From the IMG/VR virus record IMGVR_UViG_3300032038_000019: a stretch of 62,882 nucleotides of DNA. The stretch is one strand, 5' to 3'. Numbering within the stretch: position 1 is the stretch's first letter; every line of letters starts with the position of its first letter. Shown here one piece after another: positions 19,876-29,836 of this stretch. Source of the DNA: an uncultured virus (IMG/VR IMGVR_UViG_3300032038_000019). Taxonomy: Duplodnaviria; Heunggongvirae; Uroviricota; Caudoviricetes. A model generated the notes under the pieces. It was not told where the DNA came from. It worked only from the letters and a program-made list of their open reading frames with translations, and searched no databases. A program made the translations under genes and the position numbers.

Positions 19876-22383
19876 CTATTTAGATGCATTTCTTGCTGAA
19901 TGTTCCGTTTTAAATTTCTTAAAAATTTCAGCAGCTAAATTATCTCTGTCTTTTTGCTGCTTTTTATCAAAAGCAAACATTGAGTCGAGTCCATCATCAC
20001 AATTAGCGGTACTAATCCTACACGTACCATTGTTAAATTCTACATTATTGAACACTTTACCTGCTTTACCTGCTCTATTCTTTAAAATAGCAATAGTTGC
20101 CTTATTTTCAGCAATATCTTCATTAGAACGGGCGATTGACATTACAATATGTGCAATTTGAATCTTTTTGAAAGAGCCACCTGCTTTATCCATAGTTACA
20201 AGTTCCATATTAACGGATTCTTTAGTTCCCTGTAACGGAATCCAAAAAGCCATATTAAGAGTACCTGCCATAGCTTCAAATTTTCGCATAGTTTTTCCTT
20301 CTTGCTCCCATTCAGTAGATGATGAATCTGACCTATGTGCAAGGCATTCAAAATAGTCTACAATAACCAAATCAGGTCTAAAGCCGTTGTTGATGAATCT
20401 TTTAATAATTCTTTCGATATCCCATGCAGTTTTTTCTCCACTTGGTAATCTAAGAATTCTTAAATTATTTTCCATCATTTCTTTACCTTCATAGTGGGCA
20501 AGCTGCTCTTTTACAGTTGACAAGTTTTCTGGTTTTCCCAAATCTTTAGATTCAATACCTGTAATTCTACCAAAATGTTTTCTTTGAATTTGTTTTACTC
20601 TATCTTCGAAAACTATTTGAAGAACTTTAAAGCCTTCATAATTGTTTTGCTCACAAGGATATGTTGATGCATATCCTGCAATTGCTGTTGTCAAAGATGT
20701 GTTATGCGTTACAATAAAATCTTCTGTAACATATAAATGTTCATCAGAATCTACCATTATGCACTGTGCTTCTTTTTCTCCAACATATTCAGCGTTTGTC
20801 ATAAACAAAGCATCAGCCCCACGTGTGCGATATTTAACTCTTGTTTGCTTCATTTCCATTCTAAATAATGGAATTGAGCTATCACACATACTTATAGTAA
20901 CACTATAACGTTTCCCACAATATATTCTCTTATTATATTTTTTAGAAAAATATGAAGGGCTTGATTCTGTTAAACTTGCAAAACCTCCAAGGGAACGAAC
21001 AAGAAATTGCACATCTAATGCAAGTTGTTTACTCTTACTACAGAATTTACAAGAGCCATTATTGTTTGCGTGACCATCAGAATCCATTATTCCCTGTAAA
21101 ACAGCAATTCTTTTTTCGATGGAATTAAACAAATATTCTCTAGGTATAAATTTACTATCTGACTTGCATTCTGTAGAAAAACATTCTTTTAAATTCTTTT
21201 TTGTTTGCCCTGTAATATCAAACTGATAATTGTTTCTTTTTTCTCTATAAAAAATATGTAAATCTTCATTTAAAATTGGTTTCAAAATTGATTCAACGTA
21301 TTCTTTATTGTTTTTTTCAACTGTTATTTCAACTCTTTTAAAAGAACCATTACCAATATAATAACCTACTAAATATGGGTCAAACTTAGTTTCTTGTTCA
21401 GCAAATTCAATCGGTTTAACCACAGGAACCTTGAAGTTATATCTTGAAGAGCCTTTTTTAATTAGTCCTATTTCTAATAATTCTCTTAAAGATAAAGTTT
21501 TAAATGAATTATCAGGAACATATTTTTTACCGCATCTTTGATAGAGAGAACTTACATTCCATAAATGTTCTATATCGCATTCGCATGAAGTGCCATTTGA
21601 AAATGAAACTTTATATATTGGTCTTTTGCCTTGAGGATATATACCACTTACAACATGAGGTTTGCCATCAGAACCTATTACATAATCACCAACAGACATT
21701 TCTCCCATTAGTTTATACCCATTTGGAGTTAATATTCTGGCGTCAAGTGGTTGAGATTTACCAAAAGAGCTTGGGCCTACGATAACACCAAGTTCACCTT
21801 TGCCAACACCACCTTCAAGTGTATCATCAATGCCTTCGATTCCTGTTGGAATTGGTATACGATAATCATCAGATAATGTTTCTTCTTCATTATCAAAAAC
21901 ACCTGACCCCAAGTCACTATGAACACCTGTGTTTAATGCATTATTTAATAGTTCTACACATCTATCATAATGGGTTGTATCACCGTTTCCTGCTATTTTT
22001 AAAATTTCATTTGCAGTTTTTATTATATTTTGCTGTTTAAAAAACTTTATTGCAGTATCTCTAATATATTCAGCCCCATCAGTAGGTGTATGCTTGATTT
22101 TGTCAACCGTAGCAGCATAAAATTCTCTTTCAGTGTCATTATGTGACTTTTCAAACAATTGCGTTTGTATGATGTCGTATGAAGGAACACTATCATACTT
22201 TCCATAATGTTCCTTCATTACGCCTACATATGTTTTTAACCTTGGGTCAGTGAACATATTCTGGTCAATGACGCTACTTAAATCTTTGAAAAGTTCTTTG
22301 TCATCAGTAAGTTCTTTTACTAATTTGTACTGAAAGTCTTCACCTAAAAAACCTAAGTCTTTTTTTTCGTTACGTCCTGTCAT
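19876..22383 (-). CDS. dnaB: Replicative DnaB/T4 gp41-like helicase containing an intein
   Basis: IPTGIEGIDDTLEGGVGKGELGVIVGPSSFGK|...|TS Walker A split by the intein; DLVIVDY Walker B; ILKNRAG arginine finger. Confidence 0.92.
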   Translation of the reverse strand: MTGRNEKKDLGFLGEDFQYKLVKELTDDKELFKDLSSVIDQNMFTDPRLKTYVGVMKEHYGKYDSVPSYDIIQTQLFEKSHNDTEREFYAATVDKIKHTPTDGAEYIRDTAIKFFKQQNIIKTANEILKIAGNGDTTHYDRCVELLNNALNTGVHSDLGSGVFDNEEETLSDDYRIPIPTGIEGIDDTLEGGVGKGELGVIVGPSSFGKSQPLDARILTPNGYKLMGEMSVGDYVIGSDGKPHVVSGIYPQGKRPIYKVSFSNGTSCECDIEHLWNVSSLYQRCGKKYVPDNSFKTLSLRELLEIGLIKKGSSRYNFKVPVVKPIEFAEQETKFDPYLVGYYIGNGSFKRVEITVEKNNKEYVESILKPILNEDLHIFYREKRNNYQFDITGQTKKNLKECFSTECKSDSKFIPREYLFNSIEKRIAVLQGIMDSDGHANNNGSCKFCSKSKQLALDVQFLVRSLGGFASLTESSPSYFSKKYNKRIYCGKRYSVTISMCDSSIPLFRMEMKQTRVKYRTRGADALFMTNAEYVGEKEAQCIMVDSDEHLYVTEDFIVTHNTSLTTAIAGYASTYPCEQNNYEGFKVLQIVFEDRVKQIQRKHFGRITGIESKDLGKPENLSTVKEQLAHYEGKEMMENNLRILRLPSGEKTAWDIERIIKRFINNGFRPDLVIVDYFECLAHRSDSSSTEWEQEGKTMRKFEAMAGTLNMAFWIPLQGTKESVNMELVTMDKAGGSFKKIQIAHIVMSIARSNEDIAENKATIAILKNRAGKAGKVFNNVEFNNGTCRISTANCDDGLDSMFAFDKKQQKDRDNLAAEIFKKFKTEHSARNASK
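20701..21756 (-). mobile_element. Intein (352 aa) with LAGLIDADG-type endonuclease, inserted in the helicase P-loop
   Basis: Starts SQPLDARILTPNG after GK; block B EHLW; LAGLIDADG-like PYLVGYYIGNGS and VLQGIMDSDG; ends CIMVDSDEHLYVTEDFIVTHN followed by T. Confidence 0.93.
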
Positions 22384-22402
22384 TTATATGTTCCGTAAAA
22401 AA

Positions 22403-23161
22403 TTAATAAAGTGTACTAATATATGCTTTAGTTTTTTCAGCCACTGCCTTACCCCAAATAGAATCTACTTTTCTATTGTAAGTATCAATATTGAAATTAT
22501 ATTTTTTGGTTTTAGTCTTAGCACCGTTTTTAACGGTAATCTTATCATTACCAAACTGTTCAACAAACGTATAATCGCTTGTAGTTTTAAAGCCATTTTC
22601 ACGTGGTGAACAATTTTCGCAAATTTTCTTTGTGATGTAGATAAGTAAATCTTGTTTATCCATAATCATACCCTGTAAACAATACAATTCTGGTGACAAT
22701 CTATCCTTATTGTTTTCAAAGAATGATTCTTTATCATAGGTATAAGTCCTACCATCCTTATTTGTGATTTTTACCACTTTATTTGCAATATCTACTTTAT
22801 CTCTAATAGTCTTAGGGTAAACACCACCATCCCAAATTTTTTCAATTACAGGCACTTTGTTATCAGTAATAACAAATTTAAAAGTACATTCCCAAGGTTC
22901 AGGCTTTGGCTTTACAAATTCATCGAGAGGTTCTTGGGATGTTCCTGAAACATCACCATAGTACCAAGTGTACACACGACTCTTAGACTTCAAATCGTCA
23001 TCAATAGTAGCAACAATTTCGTCTACAGTTTCCTTAAAATCTAAAGATTCCATACTATGAGGGATGAAATTATTGATTTTAAAATTTCGCTTGCAAATCA
23101 AATTGTTGTTAACGTACAATGCAAATTCAAATCTCTCTTCTTTGTAATTTTTTTCTGTCAT
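22403..23161 (-). CDS. Hypothetical protein in the replication cluster
   Basis: 252-aa ORF with its own sigma-A-type promoter, upstream of the helicase. Confidence 0.75.
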   Translation of the reverse strand: MTEKNYKEERFEFALYVNNNLICKRNFKINNFIPHSMESLDFKETVDEIVATIDDDLKSKSRVYTWYYGDVSGTSQEPLDEFVKPKPEPWECTFKFVITDNKVPVIEKIWDGGVYPKTIRDKVDIANKVVKITNKDGRTYTYDKESFFENNKDRLSPELYCLQGMIMDKQDLLIYITKKICENCSPRENGFKTTSDYTFVEQFGNDKITVKNGAKTKTKKYNFNIDTYNRKVDSIWGKAVAEKTKAYISTLY

Positions 23162-23208
23162 AAAAATTAATAATTAAATGTTTAACAATGTTTTGTTTAA
23201 TTGTGCTG

Positions 23209-23239
23209 CAAATATATATTAAAAAACGTTAAAAACAAA
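23209..23239 (-). promoter_or_regulatory. Bacteroidota sigma-A-type promoter (TTTG-N19-TATATTTG)
   Basis: Minus strand reads TTTGtttttaacgttttttaataTATATTTGcag, matching the Bacteroidota -33 TTTG / -7 TAnnTTTG consensus. Confidence 0.75.
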
Positions 23240-23240
23240 A

Positions 23241-24410
23241 TTATTTATGATTTTCTGCAAAATATTTTTTTTCCATCTTACAAATTCGTTCAAAAGGCCC
23301 GAAAACATTACCAAATATTGTCTCATTTTGTAACCTTTTCATATCATTATCATATATAATTTTATAAACATTCTTAATATCCCTATCATCAGGGTCTATT
23401 GGTGCATACAATTCAATTTTCAATTCGTTTTCAGCTTCCTCTGTTAATAAAGGAACAGATAAATCTATAATTTTTTCATTTATTTCAAATATATCTTTAC
23501 CTTGGCATCCGTCTGTTACACGATTAAGGATGTTTTCAAGCGATTTAAGAGGTTTTTTCTTGTCTTTAGTCCTTTCACCTTGTATTTCTTCGCAACGCTC
23601 TAATATCTCATTTAAAGTGCATTTTTTGTCCTTTAAATCTGGGAATTGTTTAAGTAAACCCTTTTCAGCAACACCTTTAATGCCATATATATTATCTGAA
23701 GCATCACCACAAATAATTTTTTTCAAAACAACATTTTCATGAGTGTAGCCTAATTCTTCTACGTCATTATTGGGTGTTATAAATTTATGAATTGATGGAA
23801 TCCATATACATATTTCATCATTAATAAGCTGTGTAATATCCCTATCTTCTGAAACTATTACAATTCGTTCGTTTTGCTTTTTATTTTTACAATAATACGC
23901 AATTAAATCATCACCTTCTACATCATCATACATAAATTGTCTCACATATAGGTTGTCAAGTATTTCTTGTATTATGCTTCGTTGCCTTTCAAATGATTCA
24001 TCATCAGTTTCAGAACGTTTTACTTCTTTTTTATTTCCTTTATGATAAGCCAACACCTTTCTACAATAATCAGCTATTTTCTTATCATAATCAGTTTGGC
24101 CAACAAAATTATCATAATGCTTATCACGGTTAGCTTTATAAAGAGGGTAATACTTATACCTAAGCACGCCAGAACCATTACCATCCCAAGCAACTATGCA
24201 ATAGTTAAAGTCCTTTTTAAGCAAAAGTTCGCCTATACGTCTTAACATATTCCACACTGCACCGTATTCTTGCCCTTTTGAATTCATTTCTTTATTAACA
24301 AGTGAAGATTTCAAAAGTGAATTACCATCTATTAATAATGTATATATTAATTTTTCATCATTTATCCCATTAGCTATTTTTCTTGTTCTTTTAACTACTT
24401 GTTTTACCAT
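23241..24410 (-). CDS. 5'-3' exonuclease / T4 RNase H-like flap nuclease
   Basis: LLIDGNSL, VAWDG, RYKYYPLYKANR, VEGDDLIA, IVSEDRDITQL, GDASDNIYGIKGVAEK (PolA 5'-nuclease motifs). Confidence 0.92.
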   Translation of the reverse strand: MVKQVVKRTRKIANGINDEKLIYTLLIDGNSLLKSSLVNKEMNSKGQEYGAVWNMLRRIGELLLKKDFNYCIVAWDGNGSGVLRYKYYPLYKANRDKHYDNFVGQTDYDKKIADYCRKVLAYHKGNKKEVKRSETDDESFERQRSIIQEILDNLYVRQFMYDDVEGDDLIAYYCKNKKQNERIVIVSEDRDITQLINDEICIWIPSIHKFITPNNDVEELGYTHENVVLKKIICGDASDNIYGIKGVAEKGLLKQFPDLKDKKCTLNEILERCEEIQGERTKDKKKPLKSLENILNRVTDGCQGKDIFEINEKIIDLSVPLLTEEAENELKIELYAPIDPDDRDIKNVYKIIYDNDMKRLQNETIFGNVFGPFERICKMEKKYFAENHK

Positions 24411-24580
24411 CTTCTTTAATTAATCCATTTATAGCTTTATTAATTCGCTTCTGTGCGACTTTTATGCGTCAATAGATAATTTCTATGTCTACATATTTTC
24501 GTCCCTTCTCAACGCAAAAAAATCTTGAAGCAATTGCCTATATAATTTTTTGTAAATATATAAAAAATGTTAATAAAATA

Positions 24581-24611
24581 AAAAAATAGCAGATTATAAT
24601 TTCTGCTATTT
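24581..24611 (-). terminator. Intrinsic terminator after the endonuclease gene
   Basis: aaatagcaga...tctgctattt hairpin with U-tract. Confidence 0.65.
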
Positions 24612-26475
24612 ACATTTTTTTCCATATATGACACCTACATCCACAGTCATATATCCTATATATTTTTCTTTCTAACATTATTTCATGCTCTGATTTATTT
24701 TTATCAAAACCTTCTTTAATTAATTTATCCTTTCTAAACCCAAATCTATTTTTTCTTTCATTATTAATGACATAATAATAATTTGGTTTTGAATCATGGT
24801 CATGCATAAACCCTAATTTGTCGTATAGCCCACCTGTTGACCATCTTTTGTCAGAATAAGATACTATGTTAATTGGGTCATAATTCTTAACGAAATGCTT
24901 AAATAATTTACTTGCCCCACCTACAACTGAAGTATTTATTTTATTGCAAAACCTAACAAGTTCCCAATATCCATCTTTATCCTTTCCGCCCATATTTATT
25001 CTTGGCTTGCCAAAAGTCATTAATGACACTAACTCATCATTATAATATAACCCTAAATTAATTGAGCTATTAGCATTACCTTGTATATGATTACCATTTA
25101 AAAATATTTTTTTATCACGTTCAGGTACAAGTTTTAAAATACATTTTCTAGCGTAAATTTTATTTGTTATTTTATGAAATACATTTCTAAGCATTGACTC
25201 CCATATATCACGTTTATTTAGCCATTCATCTTCAAATATATGTATTAGTCTTATTCCTTTATTTTCGCATTCAATTGTCTTATTTAAGTGATAAGATTTA
25301 TCCCTATATAATTCACTATGCCATCGTAATCCATCAAATTCAATACCAACACGAAATATTGGGGCAAATACATCTATTTCTTTCCCTTTAAGAATTCCCC
25401 TATCACCTTCTTCACAGAAGACATTTAAATTATTTATATATTCATAAATTTCTTTTTCTGATTTAGATTGCTGATGAGCACATTTAGGACATCCTGCTTG
25501 ATTTTGAATATGATTACATGGTGTAATTAGGAATGACCCATGCTTTTTGCAAATAATCTCTACTTTAGTTTTATAATTTACATAGTTAACCTTTGAGTAA
25601 TCATACTTATCACCATGAATTTCTTTAGATTTTTTTATAAAGTCTTCTTTATTTCCCCTTAATTTATCAGCAGTTGCTTCTATACCGCAAATAGGGCATC
25701 CTTGGCCTCTTAAATGTGCATTTGGCGTCATTTCAAATTCGCCATGAACAGGACAAATTATAGTTGACTTTTCTTTACCACCATTGTAAATAAATTTATA
25801 GTATGAATACTTATTATTATGTATTTTATTAGCTGCTTCAACAAAGCTACCCTTAGTCATTTGTTGCTCTTCAGATTTTACAGATAAAGCGCATTTAGGA
25901 CACCCTTCTCCATTTAAATGATGTGCAGGTGTTTGCCAAAATTCACCATGCTCAGGACATATTATGCAAACTTTAGTGCTGGAATCTTTATATTCTACTT
26001 TTGAGTAATCATACTTATCGTCATGAACAAATTTAGCTTTTTCAACAAAAAGTTTAGTATCATATTTCCTTATGCAACGTCTTCTTTCATCAAAACATTT
26101 TGGGCATCCAGACCCATTTAGATGTGATTTAGGTGATTGATAAAATTCACCATGTTCAGGGCATATAATGCAAATTGGTGTTGAATTATTAACGTATTCA
26201 ACGTTACTATAACTATACTTATCACCATGCACTAATTTTGCTCGTTCAATAAAATCTTCTTTAGTTGAAGACCTTTTGCTACTTGATAAACTTGAAGCAC
26301 ATTTTTTGCACCCATGCCCTTTCAAATGCTGTTTTGGTGTTTGCCAAAATTCACCATGCTCAGGACATATTATGCAAACCTTAGTGTTGCAATCTTTATA
26401 ATCTACTTTTGAATAATCGTATTTATTATTATGTATTACATTTGCTCGTTGTATAAATCTTTCTTGTTTATCCAT
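24610..26475 (-). CDS. Putative homing endonuclease: five zinc-ribbon (DUF723-like) repeats + PD-(D/E)xK/Vsr-like nuclease
   Basis: 5x KY(D/S)Y...CPEHGEF...GCPKC-type repeats; EIDVF...GIEFDGLRWHS...LIHIFEDEW; C-terminal SYSDKRWS...IYDCG. Confidence 0.8.
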   Translation of the reverse strand: MDKQERFIQRANVIHNNKYDYSKVDYKDCNTKVCIICPEHGEFWQTPKQHLKGHGCKKCASSLSSSKRSSTKEDFIERAKLVHGDKYSYSNVEYVNNSTPICIICPEHGEFYQSPKSHLNGSGCPKCFDERRRCIRKYDTKLFVEKAKFVHDDKYDYSKVEYKDSSTKVCIICPEHGEFWQTPAHHLNGEGCPKCALSVKSEEQQMTKGSFVEAANKIHNNKYSYYKFIYNGGKEKSTIICPVHGEFEMTPNAHLRGQGCPICGIEATADKLRGNKEDFIKKSKEIHGDKYDYSKVNYVNYKTKVEIICKKHGSFLITPCNHIQNQAGCPKCAHQQSKSEKEIYEYINNLNVFCEEGDRGILKGKEIDVFAPIFRVGIEFDGLRWHSELYRDKSYHLNKTIECENKGIRLIHIFEDEWLNKRDIWESMLRNVFHKITNKIYARKCILKLVPERDKKIFLNGNHIQGNANSSINLGLYYNDELVSLMTFGKPRINMGGKDKDGYWELVRFCNKINTSVVGGASKLFKHFVKNYDPINIVSYSDKRWSTGGLYDKLGFMHDHDSKPNYYYVINNERKNRFGFRKDKLIKEGFDKNKSEHEIMLERKIYRIYDCGCRCHIWKKM

Positions 26476-26567
26476 ATATTTTATACCATTTTAACAAATA
26501 TATAAATAAATATTATAAAAAAGAAAAAAGGGACAACTATTTGTCAAAATAATTATCCCTTATATTA

Positions 26568-27725
26568 TTATCTCACCATAAAATTAAATGGCATTGGTTT
26601 TTGCTGTAAAACTTTCATTAAATTATCAGTTAAGTCTGCTTGATGCTGTAATTGATTCCAAGGAAGCATTTCATTTAGCCTTTCTTTCAAATTATTAAAC
26701 ACTCTTTCCTTCTCAGCTTTGCCCATTTCTAGTAACATCTGATAGTCCATCTGCATCTCTGCTTGTGGGATTTTCACTGTACCTGAGTAAGTACCCCTTA
26801 CAATGCCTAATGTTATCATACATTCAGCAACAAACAATTGCCTAATTATCTGTTGCGTAGGGTTGTTCATTAATTCATATTGCATTTCATCCAAAGGGAC
26901 TTGGTCTGGTGTTATTAGCACATCATCCTTATTGTCAATAAGGCATTGTGTAGCGCCTTCTTCATCAGTATTACTTACATCATAGTATGTGTACCAACAA
27001 TAGCAATCTTTAAATTGATTCCATCCCCAACTATCATCAGCAGAAACTCCACCCATACTATTTCTACTGCCTGGTGTAGAAAGTAAATGTACAAGATGCG
27101 TACCATTAGGACCAGCAGTAACTTCGTATGCCATATCACCCCTAATTAATGAATTCTTGTATTTTAAGTCAGCAGCTTGCAATGCAACGTCATAAACTGA
27201 CCCAACATACATACCTAACATTCCCATTGGGTGATTAATATCTCCTACTTGTCCAAAGCCACCAGCAAAACCTCCATCAAACGACCCATACGTTCCATAT
27301 AGGGCTGCTTTTGTTGTTGATGGTGTTATATATAGTACTTTATTTATTTCTCGTCCTGCAGGTATTATATACACTTGTTTACCAGCCTCAATTTTAAAGA
27401 AATCTTTCTTCAATTCATAATTGCCTCTTTGCTGTAACCCAACTTCACGTGAAAACCAATACGAATAGTCCTTTGACCAATCTAACGTCCTAATTGTAAG
27501 GGCATACGCTGCTTGTGAAGGGTCTTTAAGCATCATTTGACTACCTTGGGCATTAATCCATTGCGATTCAATTACCCAATTTTGCACAACTTCAGCATAA
27601 TCACCAATAGCAACTTTTAGCAAGTCGCACATTTGGTCATCAGTTAATTGGACACTTCTGATTGGAGCGCCTAATTTCGTTTTTGCAATTTTAAATAAGT
27701 CTTTTACTTTATCTGTAATAATCAT
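26568..27725 (-). CDS. Neck protein (T4 gp13-like)
   Basis: KTKLGAPIRSVQLTDDQMCDLL N-terminus and LGIVRGTYSGTVKIP...MDYQMLLEMGKAE C-terminus resemble gp13-like neck proteins; TATTTAT motif upstream (27745-27751). Confidence 0.7.
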   Translation of the reverse strand: MIITDKVKDLFKIAKTKLGAPIRSVQLTDDQMCDLLKVAIGDYAEVVQNWVIESQWINAQGSQMMLKDPSQAAYALTIRTLDWSKDYSYWFSREVGLQQRGNYELKKDFFKIEAGKQVYIIPAGREINKVLYITPSTTKAALYGTYGSFDGGFAGGFGQVGDINHPMGMLGMYVGSVYDVALQAADLKYKNSLIRGDMAYEVTAGPNGTHLVHLLSTPGSRNSMGGVSADDSWGWNQFKDCYCWYTYYDVSNTDEEGATQCLIDNKDDVLITPDQVPLDEMQYELMNNPTQQIIRQLFVAECMITLGIVRGTYSGTVKIPQAEMQMDYQMLLEMGKAEKERVFNNLKERLNEMLPWNQLQHQADLTDNLMKVLQQKPMPFNFMVR

Positions 27726-27763
27726 AATTTAAATCTTATTACTAATAAATATTTTTGGTAAAT

Positions 27764-27795
27764 AAAAAAATCCAACTCATTTCTGAGTTGGATTT
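27764..27795 (-). terminator. Intrinsic terminator
   Basis: aaatccaactca-tttc-tgagttggattt with U-tract on the minus strand. Confidence 0.75.
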
Positions 27796-27828
27796 GTATA
27801 CCAATGAATATTTTTCATTCAACAGATT

Positions 27829-28503
27829 TTATTTCCATCCATTCTTTTGATAGTCCATAATAGCTTTATTACCTCTATTTCTTGCCCTCATATAAGGGTA
27901 GTTATCAAATTTATCATCCACTGGGCTCATATCATATCTTCTTTCTTTAGACCATGCACCTTTTTTATTATATGCACGATGCGGTTCACTTGATGTTTCA
28001 CCATTTGATATATTAGGCAAGTCAAATTGGTCTTCCATTCTGTGAATTTTGTGTCGTTTACCACCAGGTGCATTTGTACCTGTTTCTGTAGATAGGTGGT
28101 CATAATATCCACGCATACCTATATTATCAGTTTCAAAAGGCATTTCATAATACCCTTCTTTGTCACGTATACCAAGACCATTTTTTTCAACTTCATCACT
28201 TGTAAGTGCATTATACCCATATTCATCATTAAAACTCTTTCTCATAGCATCATTAAACCCCCTCAATCTATTATCAGTGAAAATATCATGCGTACCTGTA
28301 CTATCAGTATGCCCTACAATGTCAGATTTCCTTCTTGGGTCATCTGGATGCTGCATTAAATGGTCAGCCCATTTCCTTGATGCATTTGCGTATGTCCTCC
28401 AATCAAGTTCATTCAATTGGCTTTCTTTCAAAACTCTTTTTACTGAATTTTCGATAATTCTATGTAAATCACTTTCAGTTAGTCTAATTAATTTCTTTGC
28501 CAT
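27829..28503 (-). CDS. LTESDL-leader family protein (ELDW subfamily); putative capsid-internal protein
   Basis: Start reassigned to ATG at 28503 (MAKKLIRLTESDLHRIIENSVKRVLKESQLNELDWRTY) by similarity to paralogs; TATTTAT motif ~20 bp upstream. Confidence 0.75.
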   Translation of the reverse strand: MAKKLIRLTESDLHRIIENSVKRVLKESQLNELDWRTYANASRKWADHLMQHPDDPRRKSDIVGHTDSTGTHDIFTDNRLRGFNDAMRKSFNDEYGYNALTSDEVEKNGLGIRDKEGYYEMPFETDNIGMRGYYDHLSTETGTNAPGGKRHKIHRMEDQFDLPNISNGETSSEPHRAYNKKGAWSKERRYDMSPVDDKFDNYPYMRARNRGNKAIMDYQKNGWK

Positions 28504-28564
28504 ATTAGTATTTTTTTTTATTAATAAATATCTATGACAAAAAAAAAAGAATGAAAAGTTTCTT

Positions 28565-29836
28565 TTATTCTTTTTTCCAAACATATTTAAATAATCCGCA
28601 ATCCCATATCTTATATGCCCCTAAAGCTTCAGTCATTTCCGACTCAGTCATAGTTAATGGCAGGCCATATTTCCTGTTCAAATGTTGTTTTCTAAAATTA
28701 AATTTATGCACACGTTTTAACCCGTATTCTTTCCTAAAAACATACCTATAATCTGGCCTTAAAATGTTTATAAGTTTGAAATTTAATTTTATATATAAAT
28801 TATCCTCAGGATTAGTTGTCCATCTTCTATCAGCAAAAGATTTAACTTCTATTGGGTCGTATTTTTTAGTAAAATATTTAAATAATTTACCACCAATGCC
28901 ATTGCAAATATATTCATTATTAGATGCGAATCTTGTAAGGTTCCAGTAACCTTCTTTTTCTTTTAGAAAAGACATGACGCCAACCAATAAATCATTGTAA
29001 AAACACCCAAGGTAGATTGATGAACTAGCAAAGCCTTGTATATGATTCTTTGTCAAGAATACTTCCGCTTCTTCTTTGCTAATTTCGTTAATTGTACACT
29101 TTCTACCCATTATTTTTGGCAAGTTATTATTTACACCTAATATATGCAATATTTTTTCTTTAACTAAAGATTTATTTTCAATATATTCATCTTCAAAAAT
29201 CTGTATTAATTTTATGCCTTTTTCGTTACATTTATTAAGTTTATTAAGATGATAATTTTTATCCTTTTGAAATTCTTCTGAATGCCATCTTAACCCATTA
29301 TATTCAATCCCAACATTTATTGAAGGTATAAATATATCTATTTCTAAAGGGTTTATTATCGTTTTATCATTATGTATTGCATCATCAAAATATTGCTTGA
29401 CAAATTCATATATTTCGTTTTCTGGATTAGAAATGTTACTACTACATATAGGGCAACCATGTCCATTCATTAAATCAGAATATCTAATATAAAACATACC
29501 ATGTTTTTTACAAATAGGTGTAATTTTTGTCCTTGCATTCATATAGTCTATTTTAGACAAGTCATATTTATCACCATGTATTTTTTTTATATTATTGATT
29601 ACATCTTCATTTTTTAAAACTCTATCTTTACCTACAGTTTCTGCTCTGCACTTTTTGCAACCGTGTCCATGTAATAAACTATTTGGCTCAACTTCAAATT
29701 CGCCATGTTTTTTACATATTATTTTTAATTTAGTATGTGTGTTTACATAAACAGTATTTGGGGAAATAGTATACCTATCTCCCCAAACGTTTTTTAAATC
29801 TTTAGCAAAGTCTGCTAATGTTTTTTTACTACCCAT
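28565..29836 (-). CDS. Putative homing endonuclease: two zinc-ribbon repeats + PD-(D/E)xK/Vsr-like nuclease
   Basis: 2x CKKHG...GCxxC; LEIDIF...GIEYNGLRWHS...IQIFEDE; paralog of 24610..26475. Confidence 0.8.
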   Translation of the reverse strand: MGSKKTLADFAKDLKNVWGDRYTISPNTVYVNTHTKLKIICKKHGEFEVEPNSLLHGHGCKKCRAETVGKDRVLKNEDVINNIKKIHGDKYDLSKIDYMNARTKITPICKKHGMFYIRYSDLMNGHGCPICSSNISNPENEIYEFVKQYFDDAIHNDKTIINPLEIDIFIPSINVGIEYNGLRWHSEEFQKDKNYHLNKLNKCNEKGIKLIQIFEDEYIENKSLVKEKILHILGVNNNLPKIMGRKCTINEISKEEAEVFLTKNHIQGFASSSIYLGCFYNDLLVGVMSFLKEKEGYWNLTRFASNNEYICNGIGGKLFKYFTKKYDPIEVKSFADRRWTTNPEDNLYIKLNFKLINILRPDYRYVFRKEYGLKRVHKFNFRKQHLNRKYGLPLTMTESEMTEALGAYKIWDCGLFKYVWKKE

